Shown: positions 24,130-35,433 of the stretch, piece by piece | Layout of the letters: every line of letters begins with the position of its first letter | Position numbering within the stretch: position 1 is the stretch's first letter | Assembly: GCA_048213135.1 (NCBI GenBank) | Contig: PS015202.1 | Span: forward strand, 10,935 to 61,087 | Origin: Reclinomonas americana ATCC 50394 | Taxonomy: Eukaryota | Direction: 5' to 3' | DNA length: 50,153 bases | The notes under the pieces: generated by a model | Databases searched by the model: none | Told to the model about the DNA's origin: nothing | What the model saw: the letters and a program-made list of their open reading frames with translations, nothing else | Made by a program: the position numbers and the translations under genes

Positions 24130-25574
24130 ATGGAGGATACGCTGTCGACAACACCGCCGCACAACCGAGGCACATTGGTGTTTGCCGGTGGCACCATTGT
24201 GGTTCGCACCGCCGGCGATGACTTGGCCAACAAGAACCGCCACCTCCACCACCGAGGTTTGTCGATAGTTTGTTTGTATGCTTGTTTTTTGTTGCTGGCG
24301 ACTCACTGCACACACACGCACAGAGTATGCGAGTGGAAGGATAGGCTACGAGGACATGGAGAGCGACGAGATGCAGCAGAGGAGAGTGGCGAGCCCGGCC
24401 TCTGGTGCTGGCGGCGATGCGCTGATGCAGTTGGCAGCGTCGGTGCCGCGCAAGTCGGTGCCGCGTATCACGAGTATGCTGAGCATGGATGGCCTGCTGA
24501 ACCCGGTGGAGAGCAAGCCGCCGGTGCAGCCGACGGTGATGTCGAGAAGTATGGGTGGCAATTTGTTGCTCGATCACTTGCTCAACAAGCCCATGTCGCC
24601 GCCGACGCTGCCGAGCATGTCGAAGCGCTTCACTGCCGATGGTTTTGTGGTGCCGGACCCTGTGCCGCGCCAGCCGCCGACGTTGCCGCCGATGATGACG
24701 GTGCGGCCGCAGCTGATGTTGCCGCCCCTGTCGCCGCAGTCACCGTACGCGCTGCTCGGCCACTCGCCCGCCTTCTCGTCGTCGTCGTCGTCGTCGTCAT
24801 CTTCATCGTGCATGTCGGGCATGATGTCGTCGCCCGATAGCCCGCTGCTGTCGTCGCCGGTCTCGATGTCGTCGCTGCTGGCGTGCACGCCGCCGCCGAC
24901 GTCGCCGTCGTATGTTCAGCAGCTGTTGTTTTCTGCCTCGCGGCAGCAGGCGGTACCGCCACCACCAGTGTTGCCCATGCCCATGATGACCACAACACCA
25001 ACACCAACGACAATGCAACTGCTGGCGCAGCAGCAACAGCAGCAGCAACAGCAACAACAACAACAACAGCAGCAGCATCAAAAGACCATGGCCATGCAAT
25101 TGGCGGCCGCACAAGCAGCAGCAGCAGCCGCAGCCGCAGCCGCCGCCGCTCCACCGCCACCACCACCACCACCACCACCAGTTTCACGGCCACGACACGA
25201 GCAGCACTCACAGCATCGGCAGCACCAGAGGCAGAAGCAGCGAGAGCGGCAACTGCAGGAGCAAGCGCAAATGCCGGCACCGATGCAGCGACCGCGGTCG
25301 CAGCAACAGCAGCAGCCACAACAGCAACAGCAGCCACAGCCACCACCACCACCACCAGCACCAGTACCACAACAACAACAGCAACAACAACAGGAGAGTC
25401 GTCGGCAAGAGACTGCCCCGCAAAAGCCACAGCAGCGCGAAGCACCTTCATCATCATCGTCACAACTGTCGACGCTGCAGAGTGTGCTTGGGCGTCGCCA
25501 GCCGATTGAGGTGACGTTGCCGCGACGGAGACGGCCAGCCACCTTGGGTGATCCAGGACTGAGCTCGCCGGCGG
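24130..25574 (+). CDS. Low-complexity Q/P/S/A-rich protein, possibly a regulator; runs into gap 25575-26412
   Basis: ATG 24130, GT-AG intron about 24258-24323, then a long open exon with polyS, polyQ, polyA and polyP tracts. No recognisable domain in the visible part. Confidence 0.65.
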
Positions 25575-26869
25575 NNNNNNNNNNNNNNNNNNNNNNNNNN
25601 NNNNNNNNNNNNNNNNNNNNNNNNNNNNNNNNNNNNNNNNNNNNNNNNNNNNNNNNNNNNNNNNNNNNNNNNNNNNNNNNNNNNNNNNNNNNNNNNNNNN
25701 NNNNNNNNNNNNNNNNNNNNNNNNNNNNNNNNNNNNNNNNNNNNNNNNNNNNNNNNNNNNNNNNNNNNNNNNNNNNNNNNNNNNNNNNNNNNNNNNNNNN
25801 NNNNNNNNNNNNNNNNNNNNNNNNNNNNNNNNNNNNNNNNNNNNNNNNNNNNNNNNNNNNNNNNNNNNNNNNNNNNNNNNNNNNNNNNNNNNNNNNNNNN
25901 NNNNNNNNNNNNNNNNNNNNNNNNNNNNNNNNNNNNNNNNNNNNNNNNNNNNNNNNNNNNNNNNNNNNNNNNNNNNNNNNNNNNNNNNNNNNNNNNNNNN
26001 NNNNNNNNNNNNNNNNNNNNNNNNNNNNNNNNNNNNNNNNNNNNNNNNNNNNNNNNNNNNNNNNNNNNNNNNNNNNNNNNNNNNNNNNNNNNNNNNNNNN
26101 NNNNNNNNNNNNNNNNNNNNNNNNNNNNNNNNNNNNNNNNNNNNNNNNNNNNNNNNNNNNNNNNNNNNNNNNNNNNNNNNNNNNNNNNNNNNNNNNNNNN
26201 NNNNNNNNNNNNNNNNNNNNNNNNNNNNNNNNNNNNNNNNNNNNNNNNNNNNNNNNNNNNNNNNNNNNNNNNNNNNNNNNNNNNNNNNNNNNNNNNNNNN
26301 NNNNNNNNNNNNNNNNNNNNNNNNNNNNNNNNNNNNNNNNNNNNNNNNNNNNNNNNNNNNNNNNNNNNNNNNNNNNNNNNNNNNNNNNNNNNNNNNNNNN
26401 NNNNNNNNNNNNAGGGGGCCGCTGTTTGAGTGTGTGAGAGAGTGAGTGATCATGAGTGTGTCAGTTGCGTGTGCGCGGGAGGGTGACACGTGCCTGCGGA
26501 CGCCACGCAGGCGAGCAGCGCGATGCTGAGAATGGCGAGGAGGGTCGCTCGGCGCATGAGAGACAAAAAAGCGAAGAGGTGGTGGAGTCGCTGAGAGGCG
26601 TTTTTTTCCGAATGACGAACGTTCCCTTTTATTCCATTTCCGGCATGATTTCGAACATGACGACCGAGTGTGTGAGTGGAGGCGAGGGGTGCTGCGGCTG
26701 GAGGGTGGCGGTCGATGCATGGAGTTCCGGATGCAGAGGGTTCAGAAACAACAGGGAACGAATGCAACTGTTGAGATATCTTTGACTCATCACGGTGAAA
26801 CGAGCACAGATTCTCGCGAACAAGAAAAGGAAGAGGAGACATCGCGTAATCAGCGGACAACGCTTTAGT

Positions 26870-29800
26870 TTATTCGTCCTCCAAGGTGTCGGTGAAATCA
26901 GGCAAGAATGAACCCAACACTCGATACAGCATGTCGGGGATCTGCGTCTCGTGACCTTCGACCGTGACCGCATGGTCGGCCAACGCGCCTCGTCGCTCAT
27001 TTGTCACTGACCATACGCGAAGTGTCTTGTCGTAACTCCCACTCAGCACATGCTGACCGTCGGGAGTGACAGCGACTGACATCACCGCACCAGTGTGTCC
27101 CTCCAACCGTCGTACCTCTTCTCCAGTCGCCAGTGACCACACTCGTACTGTTGAATCATGGCTACTGCTCACAATATGATAACCATCAGAGGCGACGGCG
27201 ACGGATGACACCACATTTGTGTGTCCCTCCAACTGCAGCACTTCTTCTCCATTCAACAGTGACCACAGTCGCACTGACTTGTCATTACCTCCACTCACAA
27301 CCAACTGACCATCGACGGTGACAGTGACTGACATCACCGCGCCAGAGTGCCCATCCAATCGGTATAATTCGTCACCACAAGTCAGTGACCACACCCGCAC
27401 AGTTTTGTCCAAGCTTCCGCTCAGAACGTAAAGCCCATCGGGAGTAATGGCAACAGACATCACAGCCTGGATGTGCCCCTTTAACTGCAGCACTTCTCCG
27501 CCACTCTCCAGTGACCACACCCTCACTGTCTTGTCCCGACTCCCGCTCACGATACATTGACCGTCGGGTGTGACAGCGACAGACGACACACAATCGGTGT
27601 GCCCTTCCAACCGCAACACTTCTTTCCCATTCGCCATAGACCATACTCTCACCGTCCTGTCATCACTCCCACTCACAAGGTGCTGACCATTGGGAGTGAC
27701 GGCAACAGACAGTACTCCTCCATCATGGCCCTCCAACCGTCGTACTTCCTCGCCACTCGCCATTGACCACACTCGCACCGTCTTGTCACTACTCCCGCTG
27801 ATAATGCGCTGACCATCTGGAGTAAACGCAAAATAGTTCACAGCTGCCGTGTGTCCCTCCAGCCGTCTCACTTCTTCTCCTCTCGCCGTGGGCCACACTC
27901 GCACAGTCTCATCACTACTCCCACTAACAACACCATGGCCATCGGGCGTAACGGCGACTGAGTACACCCCTCCACAATGTCCCTCTAACCGGCGGACTTC
28001 TTCCCCATTCGCCAGTGACCACACGCGTATTGTTTTGTCATCACTTCCACTTACAACGCGCAGACCATCGGCAGTGAAGGCGACAGAGTTCACTACACCA
28101 GTGTGCACCTCAAACCGTCGCAATTCTCCATCACTCGCCATAGACCACACTCGCACGGTGTGATCCTCACTCCCACTCACTGCGTGCAAACCATCAGGAG
28201 TGATGGCGATGGACAGTACTGAATGGGTGTGTCCCACCAACCGTCGCACCTCATCGCCACTCGCCAGTGCCCACACTCGGACAGATTTGTCCTCACTTCC
28301 ACTAAGAATGTGTAGACCATCGGGAGTGACGCTAACAGCCAGCACCGGTGCAGTGTGTCCCTCCAACCGTCGCACTTCATCTCCAGTTGTCAGTGACCAC
28401 ACTCGTACAGTTTTGTCCTCACTTCCACTCACAACGTGCTGACCATCGGGAGTGACGGCAACCGATCGCACCCGATGAGTGTGTCGAAATCGTTTTAACT
28501 CCTCGCCAGTCGCCATAGACCACGTTCGAATTGACCAGTCCTTGCTTCCACTTACGATATACACCCCATCGGGGGTAACTGCCACAGCCAACACTGAACC
28601 AGTGTGGCCTTCTAGTCGGCGCACCTCCTCGCCACTTGCCACCGACCACACTCGCACAGTCTTGTCATCACTCCCGCTCACAATGAACTGTCCATTTGGA
28701 GTCACCGCGACAGACATAACGCACTCAGTGTGACCCACCATTGGCTCCCTCGGCCACTTCACACCCGCCACATCTGCCTCTCTGAAATCCGCCTCCCTCG
28801 CATACGCCATGCACACATTCACCCCTCGCAAATCCGCCCCCCTCCACACCGTCCTGTGCATCACCGCATCCCTCAAATCCGCACCCCTCACTCGCACTCC
28901 CGACAGGTCTCGCCCACTGAACGACACTTGTGCCACACACAACACCGTCGCTGCATTCGCTGCCGCCGTCACCAGTCGCTCCTCATCCACCTCCATCGAC
29001 AACTCAATCACCTCCCACAATCTTGCTTGCAATCGAGGAGATCGTCGCACCACCTCGGCCACCTGCTCCACCAGTGATGGTCTGTCGTTCAGTAGTCGCA
29101 CAGCCAACACATGCTGTTGCACATCTTGCATCGTCAACCTCCTCTCTGCATCCCACGTCTCCCACGCAAACACATGCCGTGCCACACAGTGCTCCAGCAA
29201 CGACAGATGTACGAATCCCCACTGCGTCGTCCCATACCGTCGCACAATCGGGCAGCACACTCGGACATGTTGATTTCTGCGACCAAAAAACTTGTCAAAC
29301 GGTCCCTCTTCCACTCTTCGAATATCAAGTGGCGCACCGCCGAACTCTGCAATGTCTTCTTCGAACGCACGCTCCTCTGACACAGCTCGCACCACATTCC
29401 TGTCATGCATCAACCGTGCCAGTCCCTCACAGAATGCCAGACACGTTTCCTCACTCGGCACACGCTCCGCGCCCAGACGCGTCTGCCTCTCCTGCTCCCT
29501 CACAATCCACTGTCGATTGAATCGATCAAACACATTACACCGAGTCGGTCGCTGCACACCACTCGCCACCAACTGTGGCAACACACGAGCTACCACTGCC
29601 AACAGGAACGGATTCGACACCAGCGCATCTAGTCCATGCACAATCTCCAGTGCACGAATGTACTCCTCGGCAGTCGACCATCGCACATCACCATCATCGT
29701 CAGCATCTCCACCGACTTGCACCAGTCGCGAAAAGTACTCCTCAATCTGCTCCTTGCTGAACGGTGCAACATGCCGCTCCATCAGCTGCTGCATACACAA

Positions 29801-31583
29801 TTGTCCGCGTGCATCCACCGGTGCAAACAACCGTCGATACTGCGTCACACCACCCAATGCCGTCAGAGCGTAATCACCACGACAGGTGATAATCACCTTC
29901 ACATCGCGACACACATCCAGCTGGTTCTTGACAAACAGATTCACACCACGATACAACTCATCGTACCCGTCAAGCAACAACAGCAGCGGTTCCTCCTTCA
30001 GCCGTCGCACATCCTCCTCAAGGCCCAACTCGGGTGACAGTCGCTCCAGGGCCTCCTCCAGCAATCGCTCATCGGCATTGCGCAGAGCTCCAAGAGGCAC
30101 ACGCACAGGCACTCGTCTGCTCTCTCTCGTCTGCCACTGTCGCCATGCTCGCTCAGCCAGCACCGACATGGTGGTGGTCTTGCCGGCTCCACTGTTGCCA
30201 AACAGCACCAACACACGCTGCGTGGTGTTGGTGTCGGTGAGGAAAGCATCCACTTCCGTCAACAAATCCGTCATCTTCTCACTCGATGAAACGTCACGAT
30301 CACGTGAGCACAGCAATGGCACGTACATCTGCATGTCCTTGTGCATGCTCTCGTCGTGCTGATAGAAGGAGAGCTCACGCACCGCCAGTTGATGCAGTCG
30401 CTCCTCGAAGGTGCTGACGCTGAAGTCGAGATGCCGCGCATCACGAATCCGCGTCGCGAAACCAGTCATCGTATCGGCAGGCAGCTGCAGCTTGCCAAGG
30501 AGCGATAGGAACACACCGTCCACACTGAGATACTCTTCCACACGGGCGTCGGTCCATGGACATAAACCATGAACCAAATCGTTCCGTATTGCGCGCAACT
30601 GCTCCAGCGCCTTCCGTTCATCAACATCGTCAATCAGGAGTAGTTTGCGAACGTCATCCAGAACTAGGCCGCCATACAGCATGATGGAGATGAGTGCAGT
30701 CGTGTCGAATGCGTTGCACGGAGGGTCGGATGAAGGGTCAGTGTTGAATGCATTGCGCCAGGCCAACACCAGTGGTTGCACCTCCTTGAATAGCTTGACT
30801 TGCCATCCATTCACTGGAGCATGCCGCGCACGCCAGGCCTTCACTGCCGCCGCATCCATACCAGCAGGTGTGAATGCCGCCACCCAAGCCCGCACATCAA
30901 AGTCGGGATGATCACGACTGAACTGGGCCAGAGTGCGTTGACAGCGCAGACGCACGGCCTCCTCCACCACCTCAAACGCCATGTTGATGCGCTGCGAATT
31001 GATCATGCTGTGCTTAAACAAGGTGTCATGGTCGAGATGTGGTACGGAGAAGCGCCGACAAGCAAGACGAACCGCATCTCTCGCTGACTAGCGCTGCGTG
31101 AGCATGCAGTGAGCATGCAGTGAGTACCATGACCAGAGGGAGACAAGCAAGGCACGCACGCAGGCAGACACACGCGCAAACCTCTCAGTGCCACTCTTTG
31201 CACTCGGAGACAGCAGTACGACACCAAGTGTCACACGGACGACGAGATGAGTGGATAAGTTGATGCCCAGAATGCGAAGCGAAGTACCACCACCCTCCTC
31301 CAAGTCATACGGTACCGGCTTCTCCACCCCAACAATTTCCACCGCCTCATCTCCACTCTTCTCCCGCAGCAAGCGTGTGGCCTCGCGCAGCAGGTCCGCG
31401 AGAGTGGACATGGCCGACATGCCCTCCACCACCACCGACAGCGATGAATCATGCGCCGCACTTACGTGCACAGAGAACTGCGATACCACACAGACACACG
31501 ACATACACCATGCCGTGAGAAGACAGAGTTGCACTACAGCACTCACTAAGTGGCATGTGAGTTCACACCCGACTCACCGACAT
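26870..31583 (-). CDS. NLR-like STAND protein: ubiquitin-like domain + HEPN (DZIP3-like) + NACHT + pentapeptide repeats + 14 WD40 repeats
   Basis: Exons 31578-31583, 31182-31477, 31073-31093, 26870-31007. Walker A GNSGAGKTT; Walker B LLLLLDGYDE; KVIITCR; NPFLL; FVHLSLLE; FSGRDLSGVRVRGADLRDA pentapeptides; 14 GH..W repeats; HEPN RxxxxH motif RNDLVH. Confidence 0.92.
27010..28742 (-). repeat. 14 tandem WD40 coding repeats, ~126-bp period, high internal similarity
   Basis: Repeated GEEVRRLEGHxxxVxSVAVTPDGxxxVSGSxDKTVRVWS; DNA motifs GACCACACTCG and CCCTCCAACCG recur on the + strand. Confidence 0.93.
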
Positions 31584-31727
31584 CCTTGTTGCAGTTGTTG
31601 ACACTGTTGCTTGTCTTCTGTGCAGACCTTGCTACGGACAGGTATGACTGCTTTCTCTATGCCTGTTGCTGCTGTTCGTTGTGATCGAATGGCATGCAGG
31701 ACACTTCTGGCGTGTTATCTGTGTGCG

Positions 31728-31744
31728 GTGTGTGTGTGTGTGCG

Positions 31745-31830
<86 letters not shown>

Positions 31831-31848
31831 GTGTGTGTGTGTGTGTGT
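31728..31848. repeat. (TG)n microsatellite abutting an assembly gap
   Basis: Directly visible TG dinucleotide run with few interruptions. Confidence 0.95.
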
Positions 31849-32827
31849 NNNNNNNNNNNNNNNNNNNNAGCAAAGACCAGTCAACGGTGTGGCTTGCGTG
31901 TGTATATGTGTGTGTGCGTGTTGTCAACACAAGCTTGTTGCTATTGTGTTGGTGTGTGAGTTGTCTGCACTCCACCACAGACGTAAAAAAACGATGAGGG
32001 GCCACTGGACATAAAACGACATCTTGCAAACCACCAAACGAAAAACGCCACACACAGATACACAGACACACTGGAGGCTTACAGTTTACACAACAGCACT
32101 ACATCGTTGTGATGAGAATGAGTGTGTGCTTGTGTGTGCGGTGAGCACATGAGTCGTGAGTGAGAGCGTGTGTGTGTTGGCGCGTGCCGTTGAGTGAGTC
32201 ATCGGACAGAGCAATTTTTTGTTCGATGGAGAAAAGATAAGACGAACGACAACAGCGTGAGCATTGCGGTCCGTGAGAGATGGAGTAGAAATGAGGGGAC
32301 TTTGGCTGCTGAGGCGTTGGTGCAGTTGCTGGAGGAATACAAAAGCATTCGTCGACAAATATTACATTTTTTGCGAAATATATTTAGCGTTCGGACGTCG
32401 GCCTCCAACAAGCCGGCAAGGGAGCACTGGCGATCGAGCAGGTCCGCTTTCCTGCTGATCCGATTGTGCGAGTCGACTTCGCGATTGTTCAGCGATCGTG
32501 ACATCGATATCGCAATATCGATGCGTCGACGTCGGTACTTCGAGATCATGCTTCGCAGTGGCTTGCAGACGGCATTACCAAAGTGCGGGAGAGATTTCAT
32601 GCTTCAGTGCACGCTGCGCGCGTGCACGAGCACACCTGCAATCGACTTCAAATGATCCTGAGGCGCGCTGAACACACACTCACACACTCACACGCACGCA
32701 CGCACACACACACACACACACACACANNNNNNNNNNNNNNNNNNNNNNNNNNNNNNNNNNNNNNNNNNNNNNNNNNNNNNNNNNNNNNNNNNNNNNNNNN
32801 NNNNNNNNNNNNNNNNNNNNTACTCAG

Positions 32828-35264
32828 ATGCTTGTCGACATGACGGGCACCACCACCGACGACCTGCAGCTGTGCGCCAAGTTCGAGGACAATGAGGTGT
32901 GTGATGCTTTGGGGACTCTCTGTTCTGCACTTTTTCTCTCACTCTCACTCACTTTTCTCGCTCGCAGGCGTACACTCTGCTGCCCGACAGCACCTTCCGC
33001 TTCTACGGTGTGCCGACGTACGTGCCGTACAATATCACGGTGGTGCCCGGCAGCGTCAGCTCCGAGACCTTCACTCTGCAGTGGCTGCCGCCGGTGCGTC
33101 CGGCTGGCTCCAAGCCGATTACCGGCTACTCGATTGAGATGATTCGTGACGCCGACATTCCCGCCCCCTGGGTGCAAGTCATCCCGAAGGAGACGGTCGG
33201 CGCCAACACCAAGTACAAGCTGACCAACCTCATGGCCGGCTCCGAGTACTCCAACATTCGTGTGTGGGCCTGGGAGCAGGGCGCCAGCGGCACCAACGAC
33301 ACGCGCGTTGAGCCGCCGGGTGCACTCTACCCGTCCAAGCTGCGCACGTCCATCACTGGTGAGTCTCTTTTTCTCTTTGCTCATTCCCGCTTCTGGTGGT
33401 TGTCTCATATTTTTTCTGCCCCCTCTTTGCAGCTCCTGGCTTTGTTGGCAACATTCGCGCGCTGACGGTCGCCAAGAACTCGCTGCGCATTGGCTGGGAC
33501 GAGCCGCTGAACCGCGGTGTGCGCACTGGCCTCATGACGTACGCTGTGCGCTACCGCAAGAGCACCACCACCATCTGGTACCCCGACGTGATTACGGAGG
33601 TGACGGCACTCGAGCAGACGATTACCGGCCTGCTGGGCGGCACGCAGTACGAGGTGCAGGTGCGCGCCACCAACGTCATTGGTGTCGGCAACTACTCCTC
33701 GTCGGCTCCGTTCACGACTGGCGTTGGCGCACCGAGCCCGCCCATCAGTCTCGGCTACCAGTTCCTCAACAACACGGTGACGGCGTCGTGGAACCACTTC
33801 CTCACCAACGGCATCAAGGAGGTGCAGTTCCGCGTCGAGGTGACGTACTTGGGCGCCGCCAACAACCAGACCACCACCGACAAGTTTATCGTGCCGGACA
33901 AGTTCTTCTTGATCCCGAACTCGATTCTGTCGCCGCTGCCGCAAAACGCGGACGTGTCGCTGATTGTCTACGCCATCAACCCGGCCACCAAGGAGGAGAG
34001 TGTGGCCAGCAGCAAGCTGACGTTCCAGAAGCAGTCGGATGCGCCGAATTCGGTGACCTTCTACATTGGACCGCTCAAGGACTCGTCGGGCCTGTACAAC
34101 CAGGATGTGACGACACCGGTGATTCCCTTCAACTTTATCAATGGCAAGACCGCCTACTTCACCATCACCTTCCCGCAAGGCTCGTTCCGCTGCCCGCTGT
34201 ACGACACGCGTGTGGTGCTGAGCAACAATGTCGACGACACGACGCTGCTGAACGTTGCGTCTCTTGCTCTTCTCTCTTCTTTTTCATCACACACAGAAAT
34301 GCTAACTTGTCTCTTCATCACGCACACAGAAACCGGCACCGAAGCACTCGACTGGTCGCGCCAACAACTACATGGGTGGCTTCTCGTGGTCGGCGTTCCA
34401 GCCGCCGTGCCCGGCCGGCCAGGAGCTGCGCGATCTGGAGAACGACGACGAGGACAATGACCACAGCTTCTACAGCCGTGAGTTGGCCTTCTCCGAGTAC
34501 GGACGTCGCTTCGAGGCGCGCGCCAGCAAGATGATTTACCGCCCGCCGACCCTCAACATTGTCACCAACTCGACCTCGAACGAGGACACGCAGCTGTGGT
34601 TCTACGCCTCGGCCAACGACACCTTCTTCAACTCGACGTACACTTGCAACGGCACTCAGGCCAATGGTCCGTCGTGGAATGGCCAGCTCGGCACGTTGTC
34701 GGCTCCGCTGTGCGAGACCGGCACGTACGTTGTGTACCGCGTTGACCCGCCACCGCCACCAGTGGTGGTCAACCCGCCGACTCAGCCGTCGACCAACACG
34801 ACCGACACCACGACTACCAGCTCTGGCAAGAGTGTGTGGCCGTGGCTCGCCCCGATTCTGGTCGTGCTCCTGCTCGGCATTGTCGGCGTGATTGTGTGGC
34901 TGGTGATTCGCTCTCGTCGCAACAAGCAGACCGACGACCCGCTCGGCTGGAAGCCACCGATGGTCGGTGGCACTCTGGAGGGTCCGCCCACTGCCTCGGG
35001 TCCGCCGGCCGCCATTGCGGTGGCGCCCACCGACACGGACAGCCAGGCGTCGTCGTCGAAGCGCAGCTCGTCTGGTGCCAGCAGCTCGGCGCCCATGTTG
35101 CCCACTGGCAGCAACTCGCTCGGTGCGGATCTCAGCCGCCTGCAGGGCGAGCGTCCGACGGTTGGCTTCAGCTCGGCGCTGTCGGGTCTGTCGGACGCCT
35201 TCGCGTCGCTGACTGGTGGCGTGCGTTCACCCACTGCCAACAACAATGCTGGTGCCGCCGACCN
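32828..35264 (+). CDS. Fibronectin type III repeat, type I membrane protein (receptor/adhesin-like); both ends in gaps
   Basis: FN3 motifs FTLQWLPP..ITGYSIEM..YKLTNLMAGSEY and SLRIGWDEP..TITGLLGGTQYEVQVRATNVIGVGNYS; many N-x-S/T sequons; P/T stalk; TM WPWLAPILVVLLLGIVGVIVWLVI followed by RSRRNK; Ser-rich tail. Confidence 0.88.
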
Positions 35265-35337
35265 NNNNNNNNNNNNNNNNNNNNNNNNNNNNNNNNNNNN
35301 NNNNNNNNNNNNNNNNNNNNNNNCGTCGTCGTCGTCG

Positions 35338-35339
<2 letters not shown>

Positions 35340-35400
<61 letters not shown>
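35340..35400. repeat. (TG)n microsatellite in an intron-like segment
   Basis: Directly visible. Confidence 0.95.
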
Positions 35401-35402
<2 letters not shown>

Positions 35403-35433
35403 GTTCACTCACAATCCAACTGCCTGCGCTCAG

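Noticed and set aside
31611-32071. CVCVCV/THTHTH ORFs
   Set aside because: Translations of the (TG)n microsatellite.
32194-32655. 153-aa plus-strand ORF and its antisense ORF
   Set aside because: No motifs, non-ATG start, and it lies in the spacer between divergent genes; probably non-coding.
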